Below, piece by piece: positions 28,077 through 39,641 of a DNA stretch of 64,000 nucleotides. The stretch is from Octopus bimaculoides. Taxonomy: Eukaryota. Under the pieces are notes generated by a model. It worked only from the letters and a program-made list of their open reading frames with translations. It made no database searches and had not been told where the DNA came from. Position numbers and translations under genes: made by a program. The stretch lies in assembly GCF_001194135.2 (NCBI RefSeq), contig NC_068989.1, positions 89,641,297 to 89,705,296 of the forward strand. The letters are read 5' to 3'. Every line of letters starts with the position of its first letter. The stretch's first letter is position 1.

Positions 28077-28119
<43 letters not shown>

Positions 28120-28429
28120 TATATATACATACATGTGTGTATACTTATAAATCCAATACATGTGTGTGTACTAATATATTTGTTTGTATGCGTATGTTAT
28201 CGTTTTCACTAATTTTCCATGCTTTCATGGATGGAATGAGATTCGTTGAGGCACTAAATACCATTTGGAATAATTTTGTCACCAACTTTCACCTGTTTCC
28301 AAACAACGAAATATTCTTCATTAATTTGAATTTTTTTCACAAAAGATTGCAAACAATCGGTGCTTATATGACGGTTGTGTATAACATTCACTGTATGACA
28401 GAGAAGCTGGATTTTAGATTTAAAAAACA

Positions 28430-28785
28430 AGGAGACACACACACATGCATGCACTCATACATAATTCAAACATACACGTTTACACACATACATACACACA
28501 TGCATTCATACGTACACATACATACAAGCATACACGCATACATTAGTACTCACACACATTCATGTATACATATACACACTTGCATTCATACATACATAGA
28601 CATTAATTCATGCATACATTCATACATACAAGCATGCACACACATTAATACATACATCCATATATACATACTCATGCATTCATACATACACACATTAATA
28701 CATATATACACACATACATCCATATATACATACTCATGCATACACATATATATGCACACACAAACATGCTTTCATACATATACAA
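28430..28785. repeat. Degenerate (ACAT/CA)n microsatellite
   Basis: Directly visible. Confidence 0.85.
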
Positions 28786-29432
28786 CAGGCTTCTTTTCCT
28801 TTGGCCCAAGCTACTGCATTATGGGATTGAACTTGAATCAACATGGCTGCAAAGCAAACTTTACAACCAAGTCTATCATTTCTTAAGATTTATTGCTGTA
28901 ATAAATGCTTTAAATCTTTTATCTTTCACTTGTTTCATTCACTGGACTACAGCCATACAGAAGTACTGCTTTAGAGGGGTTAAACTAATCAACCCCCAGG
29001 ACTCATTTTTAAGTTTGGTGCCACTGGTTCTACATAAAAGACACCCAGTACACTCTATAAAGTGGTTGGCATTTGGAAGGGCATCCAGATGTAGAGATCA
29101 TGCCAAAACAATGGATCTCAGTGTGGCCCCTGGCCTTGCTGTTCAACCCATGCCAGCATGGGAAACGGATGTTAAATGATGATGTTGATGTACTTGTTGA
29201 ATTGGTCTCTTTGCCCAACATCTAAGCTGCAGGTGTGTAAACAGATCAAAACTGGTTGCCAAGCAATGACAGGTGGACAAACACAAAGACACATATATGG
29301 TGGAACGAAGGCTTTTCTTTAGCTGACATGTTCATATTTTTCCTTGAGAAGAAGGCATGGCAAAGCCAAGCAGGGACCTACATGCCCCAAGCAAAAGCTA
29401 GACAGCAACTGACACACTCCTCCTGCTGATAA

Positions 29433-29515
29433 TGCCAGCTTGTCACCAGTCACTGTTGGCAACTTGTCACCAGTCATTGTTGCCAGCTTGTCACCAGTCA
29501 CTGTTGCCAGCTTGT
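29433..29515. repeat. 24-bp minisatellite, about 3.5 copies
   Basis: Unit TGCCAGCTTGTCACCAGTCACTGT. Confidence 0.9.
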
Positions 29516-31119
29516 GTGTTCATTATTCAAGCAATGTTTGTCACCTGAGACATTTTGGGTTTGAAAAACTATTCGTAAACTGATTTGTTTGTGAAAAGTG
29601 GTATTCATAAACCAAGGCACAACGGAATATGTGTGTGGTTCTATTGGCCGTCACACAGTTGCCATCTGGCAGGAGTGGCTGTGTGGTAAGAAGCTTGCTT
29701 CCCAACCACATGGTTCCGGGTTCAGTTCCACTGTGTAACACCCTGGGCAAATGTCACAAAACCTTGTGAGTGGATTTGGTAGATGGAAACTGAAAGAAGC
29801 CTGTCGTACATTCTTTATTTTCTCTCCTTGTTTCTTTCTGTGGAAGAGTGTAGGCTCGAAATGTTAAAGACTTTTTCACTTCCCGAGCTTTAAACTAATA
29901 CATCTGTTTGTTGTCTACACTTCCTGTCTTCGTTTTTTGTTTTTTTGTGAATTCTCCCCCTATAAATATATATGTGTGTGTGTGTGTTTGTCCCTACCAT
30001 CATTGCTTGACAATTGATGTTGGTGTGTTTACGTCCCTGTAACTTAGTAGCTCGGCAAAAGAGACTGATAGAATAAGTACCAGGCTTACAAAGAATAAGT
30101 CCAGGGGTCGATTTGTTCAACTAAAGGTGGAGCTCCAGCATGGCCACAAGCAAATGACAAACAAGTAAAAATAAAAAGAGCATTAGTTAGCCTGCAGTTA
30201 TTGTAGAATATACTTGCCTAAGATGCCGCATAGTGGGACTGAACCTGAAACCACATGGGTTGCAATGCAAGCTTTTTAAGCACAAAACCATAACAGTACC
30301 TATGAAGATTTTTTCCTTCCTAATTTCTTCTCTTTACATTCACAAAATGGATGTTTGCAAGATTGTGGGTTCGATTCCAAGACCAATCAGTGCTTTGTGT
30401 TCAGAAGCAAAACACTTCATTTCACGTTGGTCCAGTCCACTCAGCTGTAAATGAGTAACACTGCAACATACAAGCTTTCTGGTGAGGGAGGACATTGGCT
30501 CTAAAGCTAAAACGATGCAAAGCGCACTGTGACCAGTGATGTATAACAACATCCAATAGTCTGATCGATCATGTGATTGCATTCACCAAAACAGTCTTTT
30601 TAATCATTTTCTTTTTTTAACTCATCAATTTGTAAATGACTTTTATGGTTAATATCTGGAAAGACTAAAGTAGCAAAAGCTGGCAGAATCATTAGCATGC
30701 TGGGGAAAATGCTTAGCAGTGTTTTTTCCATTTTAATGTTCTGAGTTCAAATTCTAGTAAGGTCAGCTTTACCTTTTATTCTTTCAGGGTTCATAAAAAT
30801 AAGAACCAGTTGAACATGGAGTCCACCATATAATCAACAAACCCTGCTCCCCTAGTTTTCCAGGCCTTGTGCCAAAATTTGAAACCAATATTTGCAAAAG
30901 AACTTTATTTCAGATTGTATAACTTAAAAATTTAGATTTATTTTCAAAAGGAAACAGTTTTAAAGAAAGAGAATACTATTTCAGCTTTATTGGAGATATA
31001 AAGTTCAAACTGTCTTTGCTAGAATACATAACAAAATTTCCTGTCTGATCAGTAAATATATAAAAATATTTAAATTTGCTATTTATGGTTGGCTGCCCTT
31101 CCTAACCCTAACCACTTTA

Positions 31120-32160
31120 GAGAGTGGACTGGATGCTTTTTTATGTGACACCTGCACTAACAAGGTCACCAAGTAACTTGCAAGACAAGATCCTTTCAGA
31201 GGGGGCAAGGTATTGAAGGAGATGGCTTTGTGCCAAGTGATGAGGGGTTAGAGTATGACAGAAGGACAGAGGCAAGTGTGTTGCTGTAGAGAAGATAGAT
31301 GGTTACCCCAGTCAGGGGGAGAAAGCAAGAGTGGAAGAGACAAGATGGTGATGTACCAGGGTATACTCTCAAGATACTTCATTCCGTGTGTTCCTGGGTC
31401 TCCTTCTTTCACAGGTGCCATCCAATTTCAGTGATTGGTACTTCTTTATACAGCTGTCCTCATTTATACGCATCACATGTCCAAACCAACATCATCTTCT
31501 CTCTCGCATACTGCATCTGATTCCTCTTACACCTGACTTTTCTCTTGGCACATTTGCACTTTGTTGTACATGCACACTAACTTCGTTGCTCTGTCGTCTA
31601 CTCGTATCCTCTGCATTCAGAGTCCATGTCTCACTACCATGGAGCATACTGTTAGTACACACACATCATCCAGTCTGCCTTTCACCCTGAGAGAGAGTCA
31701 TTTTGTTGTGAGCAGAGGTAAAAGCCGTCTGCACTTCCTCCATCCTATTCTCGCAACAATACTTTCAGAGTATCTTTCATCACTGCTAATTTGATCACCT
31801 AGGTAACAGAAACTATCTACAACCCCGAGAGAGCTTTCTGAGCATGTTTGAGAGTCTAATTTCCATGGGTCCTTAGTATTCATTGTTCCTGCGCATCTGA
31901 AGCCAACTTTCTCTGTTAACCTACCTGTGGTTTCACTGTACCTCTTGTGTCCGTAGCTTCTACTGGCTGCAACAAATGGAATTTCTTCCAATACTTTTCC
32001 TACACATTGAACATGGCCGTTTACCCGACAAAAAGAGAGTTTTCTTGCTAACAGCAACTTTGGTCTTTGCTAGATTAACTTTGAGGCCCTTTGATTTCAG
32101 GTTTTGCCTCCATACATGAAATTCCTTCTCCAATTCTGCTATAAGAGCAAGGTCATCAGC
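31120..32160 (-). mobile_element. Degenerate RTE-clade LINE fragment (RT C-terminus plus 3' region)
   Basis: Minus-strand peptide VVDSFCYLGDQISS...SESIVARIGWRKCRRLLPLLTTK followed by LSLRVKGRL-like sequence; frameshifts and stops present. Confidence 0.85.
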
Positions 32161-35086
32161 ATGTCAGTCATACTGTTTATGTAGACATATTTGTATTCAA
32201 AATATAACTTGCAGTGCTGGCTTTGAATTCTATAGAAAATCTATAAACTTCCAAGAGAGAATATTGCACTGCTAACACAAGGCAAAATACAGTATTGACT
32301 TGTAAACCTGTCACATACTGAGCAGTACAATATGGTTGCAAAACGAAATAGTGTCCATGTAGTAAAAATAAAATATATATATATATACATACATATATAT
32401 AATCATTTCATTGAAATCTTATAAGCTGACAAGGCAAAATGAGTTTAACCCCAGGCATGGTGAGAGCCACTGATGAGCTTTAAGCATCAAAATGTGAAAT
32501 CATCGGTGATCTGGCTCTGTCTGCAACCGTAGGGAGTTTGTCTCCCTTGTCAGCTCATTAAGACAGTGCTTCTGTGGCTATTCAGTTGTTTTGACTCTTA
32601 TTTCTAGCAATGCTGGTGCTGATTAGTACCCTTGTTCACTTTAGTGACGCATGTATATATACAAAGCAAACTTCGTTTGTTTGTTTACGTTTATTGTAAT
32701 TTGAATTTAATATATATATTTATTTATAGCCTGTCATGATAGTTGCATAAACATGAGTTTCTATTTCTTCATTTTACATTTTCTGCTTTTTTCTCTTCCA
32801 TGTCTGTCCTAACTTTCAAAACAAGAGTGACTGCTTGAAATGTAAAAAACATTCTTTTTCTTCCTATTTCCTAAACAATTTCCCACTGTTTTTTTTTATC
32901 TCATTTTTGTGTTTTATTTTTATTCATTTTTTTTTTTGCACCACTTACTCACATTGTTAATGGCTTAGAAAAGTGGGTTGGTTTAGATTTTCTCTTCCTA
33001 TCTATGTTTAAAATTATCTCATGATAGTGGATGTTTTCCATAATGTAATTGTAATGATAAAACTATTTATCAATAAAAAAATTATACTGAAACAGATGTT
33101 TTGAATTTTTATACTCAACTCCACTTGTGTTCTTATATATATATCATCATCATCATCATCGTTTAACGTCCGCTTTCCATGCTAGCATGGGTTGGACGAT
33201 TTGACTGAGGACTGGTGCAACCGGATGGCTACACCAGGCTCATATATATATACATATATAAATATGCTGTGCTTGAGAAGACCTGGCAAGTCAAGTGAGA
33301 CCATAACCTGTGGCCTATGCCAGTGGTATAACCAGCCCACTTATGTGTACCTTTCCTTCATTGGACACTAAACTCAGCTTTGCGAAAACCTGTTGAGGCA
33401 AGTGAAATTGAAATCAAATTCAATGACTGGCATCCGTGCTAGTGGAGCACTAAAAGCACCATCTGAGTGTGATCGTTGCTAGGGCCACTGACTGGCTCCC
33501 ATGCCGGTGGCACGTAAAAAGCACTATTTGAGTGTGATCATTACCAGCGTTGCCTTACTGGCACTCATGTTAGGGGCTGCTGATCTAGGTCACTAAAACT
33601 TGTGGCACCACAAATTCGAAACAACTTAAACAAAATTTCTTGACCAAACTAATAACATGGATTTTCAAAGATGTTAATTAAAAAAAAAAAGTGAAAAAGA
33701 AAATGATTGTAACTAACATTTTTTATCCTCATCTTTAGTCTGCATCACTGTAAATGGAGAATTACTGTTGGTGAAACAAGGTGTTAGTATCAGAGAACAG
33801 AGTCATAACCAGCTGAAGATGGATACTATATAATATCCTTTCTACTTTAGGCACAAAGCCTGAAATATTGGGGGAGGGGGGTCAGTCGATCATATTGATC
33901 TCCAGTACTTGACTGGTACTTTATTTATTGACCCCGAAAGGATGAAAGGCAAAGTTGACCTCAGCAGAATTTAAAATCAGAACATAGCTATGGGCGAAAT
34001 ACTGCTAAGCTTTGACTGGCTTCTGTGCCAGTGGCATGTAAAAAGCACCAACCGATCATGGTCGTTGCCAGCTCCCCTCTGGTCCCTGTGCTGGTGGCAC
34101 ATAAAAAGCACCCATTACACTCTCAGAGTGGTTGGCATTAGGAAGGGCATCCAGCTGTTAAAACCTTGCCAGATTAGATTGGAGCCTGGTGCAGCCACTG
34201 GCTCTCCAGACCTCAATCAAACCATCCAACCCATGCCAGCATGGAAAGTGGATGTTAAACGATGATGATGACGATGACCCCAAAAGGATGAAAGGCAAAG
34301 TTAACCTTGGTGGAATTTGAAACTCAGAACATAGAGATGGACAAAATGCTACTTAGCATGCTAATGGTTCTGCCAACTCACCATCTTAGAATATCAATAC
34401 ATATGGCACTCTCTTTTCTCTTGCTGTTGCTTTTAATCCCATGCCATCTTTGCTCAAACAGGTACATAAACAAAATTATCTCAGGCATAGTTTACCTTGG
34501 ACTAAAACAATTCAATGTGTACTGTTTTTCCTTTTAAGAAGGTAGGTTGTAATTTTGAGGCTGTCCTGCCCAGTACTTCTAGCCAAACCATACACTGTAT
34601 ATTATAAGTTACTTCTTATGATATATAGTGGACAAGGCAGTGAGCTGCCAGAATCGTTAGCACGCTGGGCAAAATCATCATCATCATCATCATCATCATT
34701 TAACGTCCGTTTTCCATGCTAGCATGGGTTGGACAACCAGACAGGGGTCTGGGAAGCCAGGAGGCTGCACCAGGCTCCAGTCTGATCTGGCAGTGTTTCT
34801 ACAGCTGGATGCCCTTCCTAACGCCAACCACTCCAAGAGTGTAGTGGGTGCTTCTTATGTGCCGCTGGTATGGGAGCCAGTCAGGTGGTGGTACTGGGAT
34901 CGACCATGCTTGAATGGTGCTTTTTACGTGTGACCGGGACAGGAGCCAGTCAGGCAGCACTGGCATTGACCACACTTGAATGGGATGTGAGCTTATATAA
35001 TAACATAGTACAATGTACGACAACAATGAATGGAAACAGAAACAGCAGGGATAAGTATAAAGAGAAAAAAAAAAAGCCCATCATAC

Positions 35087-35223
35087 TCAGGTGGTGTGAT
35101 TTTAGCAGGATCAACATCTCTGAGCCAAGCACAATTTAAAGCTTGTTCAGCACTGCATCGCCGACTTGGATCAAGTTCTAACATACAATCAAGCAGGTCT
35201 AGAGCTGGCTTGGGAATAAAGGA
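35087..35223 (-). pseudogene. CDK12: Orphan CDK12/CDK13 kinase C-lobe exon copy
   Basis: [46 protein letters not shown] aligns by eye with human CDK12 [46 protein letters not shown]. It ends at GA|GTATGA. No other CDK12 exons were found in the window. Confidence 0.85.
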
Positions 35224-35224
35224 C

Positions 35225-36103
35225 GTATTCTTTTGATATGACTCAACAAAATCAAAACACTTCAATTCGGTTGTTTCCATGAGAACACATGTCTGTGTCT
35301 TGTCAACTGTCAGTTGACAAAATGGGAGGAGGAGGAGAAGAAAGCTAATGGGTTGTATGTGTGTGCATGCTTGTTCTTGTCTGTGCCTGTGTGTATACGT
35401 GCTTGTTCTTGTCTGTGTGTGTGTGTGTGTGTGTGTGCCTGTTCTGTTTTTATGTATTTATGTGTTGTGGAATATAGATTTAATGAAATTATGCCCAGCA
35501 ATGTCTCATTTTAAACTTGAAGAAAAAAAGCCTTGCATATTTGTTCTTACCTGCTTCATGCCTGTGTGTAAAATCCATAAATTTCCAAACAGAAAACGAG
35601 AATGCTGTATCAATTATAGCAGTCCATGTTTTTTTTTTTTTTAAACCACTAAAGAGCAGAAATATTGCAACATGCATGGAGAAAATGAGGGATTATGCAA
35701 CACATTTTATGAATTTCATAATAACCATTCTTGAAGTTTAAATTAGACAGTATAATACTGCCTAACGCATTTTATGAAATTCATAAAAGTATTGACTCTG
35801 TTGTATTGTTGCCAACTAAACTCAAACAGATATGTTGAAAATAACACAAGGCTTTTTTTTCTTCAAGTTTAAAATGAGACATTTCTGGGCATAATTTCGT
35901 TAAATCTATATTCCACAACACATAAAAACATAAAACAGAACAGGAACAGACAAGAACAAGCACGCACACATGTACAACCCATTAGCTTTCTTCTCTTCCT
36001 CACAATTTCTTCAACTGACAGTTGACAAGACACAGAGATGTGCTTTCATGGAAACAGCCAAATTGAAGTGTTTCAATTTTGTCGAGTCATATCGAAAGAA
36101 TAC
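35225..36103. repeat. Inverted duplication
   Basis: Arms 35225-35535 and 35847-36103 are diverged reverse complements with a ~310-bp spacer. Confidence 0.9.
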
Positions 36104-36930
36104 CATAAATGAAAATCCTTAAAACAAATACCAGTTGAACACTGGGGTCAATTTAATAGACTCATCCCCTCCCCCCAAAATTGCTGGCATTGTGCCAAAA
36201 TTTGAAACCAATGTCTTTTGTTTGGTAGTATTCAGCAAACAGTCCCAAGTGGCGCTTGGTAGAAGTGGGCCACGGCACTGACCACTCACATTTTGATCTG
36301 TCCTGGTTCCATCTACAAGAGAACAAAGGGGGGGGGGGTGAAAGAAAAAGAAAAAAAACATGCTTTCTCTCTTCAGTACTTTTAATTAAGACATTAAGAT
36401 ATTCCTGCTGCTGCTGGCTTTGGTCAGTCGGTCAGCTGGTCACCAAATGGACACGTAGTACAACAATATTATGATATGGCATGGTACAGCATGATATGAT
36501 TTCAAAGTTTTTTTAAGTACAGTAAAAGCCAGAATTGAAGGAAACTAGAGATGGATCAGCGTTGACAAAATTAGTCCATAACAAGTGAACGGGGTTTAAT
36601 GTTTCATGCCTGGCAGTTTGTCCCCGAATGAGGAAAAGGGAGAGAAAAAAAGTGGTGTTGCTTCTTGGGCTAGATACCCTTTACTTGCCTTCAGATCAAG
36701 GGACAAGTCCACCTTTTATTTTCTTGCCTCACTGTCAGACAAATGAAGGGTGACGTCAGAACCTGGAGCCTCCACACTCCTCCTGGTGAATGAATTTATT
36801 GATTTCTCTCTCTCTCTTTCTTTCGATTTTTAAGTAGTTGGTAGGTTATCTCTGGTTTATGGATGTCTGTCTTCTTTGATTTTATTCTTCTGATGAAAGC
36901 TGGCACTGGTGAGGAATGACGAAAGGAAAC

Positions 36931-36961
<31 letters not shown>

Positions 36962-39172
36962 GTTGTGATAGCATCTTCTGTTACTTCTACTGCTACTATT
37001 GTTGTTGTTACTATTATTGTTACTACTGTGTTGTCATGACTGATGTTGTTAGTAACAACAAAGTTGACTTAAAAGGATTAGAACTCAGAACCAAGGTTTG
37101 ACAAAACTAAAAATCCTGCAGAGTATTTAGTCTGGTGTCTCCTACGAGCATGATCCCTTCCCCACCAACCAATACACCTTTATAGATAAATATTCTAATA
37201 TAGGCACAAGGCCTGGAATTTTTGTGGGTCTGGCCGGTTACACCAATCCCACTGTTCAGCTGGTATTTATTTTAACTACCCCCAAAGGATGAAAGGCAAA
37301 GTCCACTTCAGAGAAATTTGGCGTTAGGAAGGGCATCCAGCTGTAGAAACTCTGCCATATCAGATTGGAGCCTGGTGTAGCCATCTGGTTCGCCAGTCCT
37401 CAGTCAAATTGTCCAACCCATGCTAGCATGGAAAGTGGACGTTAAACGAGGATGAATGTAAAGAGCTGAAAGAACTGTTGCTAAGCATTTTGTCTGCATG
37501 CTAGTGATTCTACCAGCTTACCGCCTTAATAATGATAAATACTAAAACATCATTGGATAAATGAGAAATCACATGACCTATAGACTCCAGTGAGAGATCA
37601 CATTACTTATGAACACTATTTAAACTCTGTAGTAATTTGTCCTTGTGATATCCTCTCATTCATCATCCTTGTGGAATATTACAGAAAACATTATTGAAAA
37701 GTCTGGATTGTCAAAGACACCAGATAAAATGCCTGCAAGATTTAGTTCCAGCTCTTTAGAATGTTTGAAATTCCAAACACTGCTTGGGTCAACTTAGCCT
37801 TTCGTCCTTCCAGGTTTGAGAAGATAAGTTCTGAGAAAGTGAAATCTAGGGGCTAAATTAATTGACTGCTTTGTTCCACAAAATAGGAGGTCTTATGCCT
37901 ACATTACAACAACAACAACAACAGGAGGAGACCCCCTTTGGTCATTACTGACCATGGGATTGCACCTAGAAAGTTCCTCTCTGAGGCACAAGACCGGACA
38001 AGGTTGTTTATGGAAGACCAGCAGTCACTCATGCATACCAGCCTCCCCTCTCCACACCACCAGTGTTATCCAATGGAAAGGCAAAGGGGCCAATACAGCT
38101 TGGCACCAGTGATGTCGCAACTTATTTCTACAGCTGAGTGAACTGGAGCAACGTGAAATAAAGTGTCTTGCTCAAGAACACAACATGCAGCTCGGTCTAG
38201 GAATCGAACTCACAACTTCACGATCGTAAACTCGACGCTCTAACCACTGAGCTGCACGCCACAACAGCAACAATAATAATAATAATTATCATTATTAATA
38301 AGGTGACGAGCTGGCAGAATCATTAACATGTCAGGTAAATGCATAGTGGCATCTTTATGATCCGAGTTCAAATTCCGCCGAGGTTGACTTTGCCTTTCAT
38401 CTTTTCAGGGTCAATAAATTAAGTACCAGTTGAGTACTGGGGTCAAAGTAATCGAGTTATCCTCACCTCCAAAGTTGCTGGCCTTGTGTCAAATTTGAAA
38501 CCATTATTATCACTATTATTATTATTACTATTATTACTATTATTATTATTATTATTATTAAGGTGGCAAATGGCAGAATTCACGTTTAAATATATCCCGT
38601 TACATTCTTGGTTCAAATCCAGTCGATGTCACCTTTGCTGTTTGGATTTCTAGAGTTGAGGTGGGTGTGTGGGTGGGATATGAATAAAGTAAAAAGCGGG
38701 GGTAGGGTATGAATAAAGTAAATACCAGTCATATACTGTGTCGATTGATTTAATCAACCGTATCGCACTTCCCCCCACCCTCACCCATCTACCAAAAATT
38801 TGTGACCATTTTTTTTATCTCTTCCCACTAATTGCTGGGTGGCAGTTGAGTCCTTAGGCACTTCTTCCATGGGGTCCTACCCGAGGCAACCATCATTACA
38901 CTTTCCAGCTGTGACTACGGATATAATCCAACCATCTTGCCCCAGGTCTCCAGCTGGTTGGCTTTGCTTCAAGAACCTGTCTTGTGATATTTAGAGATGA
39001 TTGCTATTAACAGTTATTATTATCAAACGTAGCATAGAACTCACCCTTAACTGGGACTTGGGCCAGATATCTAGCACTAAAGGTTGCAAATTCACACTGA
39101 CCCTTGATCTCCAACCTGCCATTGGCTATGAAATTGCATCTTGTAGATTATGGGTAAGGGTAAAATGGAAGT

Positions 39173-39178
39173 TTTATT
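39173..39178 (-). terminator. Candidate AVL9 polyadenylation signal
   Basis: AATAAA on the minus strand about 230 nt after the stop codon. Confidence 0.45.
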
Positions 39179-39408
39179 TTTGTATAGACAATGCCAAAAT
39201 ATGATTGGACATTGTAAGGTATTTGAATATGTGTGTGTGTTGAGTGTGTATGTAGATGGAAGAAGGTTGGAGGGAGAGATGGTAAGTGATGATGAGAGGG
39301 AGAATAGAGTGTTTAAAGAAAAAGAGAAAGGGGAAAGCATGAAGACAGGAGGAGAAAAATAAAGAGAATGTGTGTGTGTGTGAGTGAGAGAGAGAGAGAG
39401 AGAGAGAT

Positions 39409-39641
39409 TCAGTCATGTTGACTGCCAGCATCATCACCATCATCTTTGCCACTAACATTCTCATCATCAGCACCATCATCATCACCATCACCATCAGCAT
39501 CTCCGTTTCCATCGCTGTCTTCTTCCCTATCACAGTTAGCATCATCATCATCTGTTCCATCCTTTTCAGGGTGTTTCCAGTCTGTGGTAAAACTGCTGAA
39601 CCATGAGCTCATGGCTGACTTAGCAGAGGTGATGGCGCCAC
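39409..39641 (-). CDS. AVL9: AVL9 last coding exon (GGAITSAKSAMSSWFSSF plus acidic tail, stop)
   Basis: 233 nt, tgcag|, ends in TGA; matches the human C-terminal GGAFSSAKTAMSSWLSTF (recalled). Confidence 0.93.

Noticed and set aside
28293-28406. 114-nt exon-like segment LLCHTVNVIHN...VVWKQ on the minus strand
   Set aside because: No recognisable homology or partner exons; the opposite strand is also open.
29433-29515. 24-bp repeats considered as a CRISPR-like array
   Set aside because: Head-to-tail with no spacers, in a eukaryotic context.
32400-33100. Plus-strand 3'-UTR-like stretch ending in AATAAA
   Set aside because: No upstream coding exons could be assembled.
36700-36905. Possible alternative AVL9 terminal exon
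   Set aside because: Acceptor-like sites exist, but all frames close quickly and show no AVL9 similarity.
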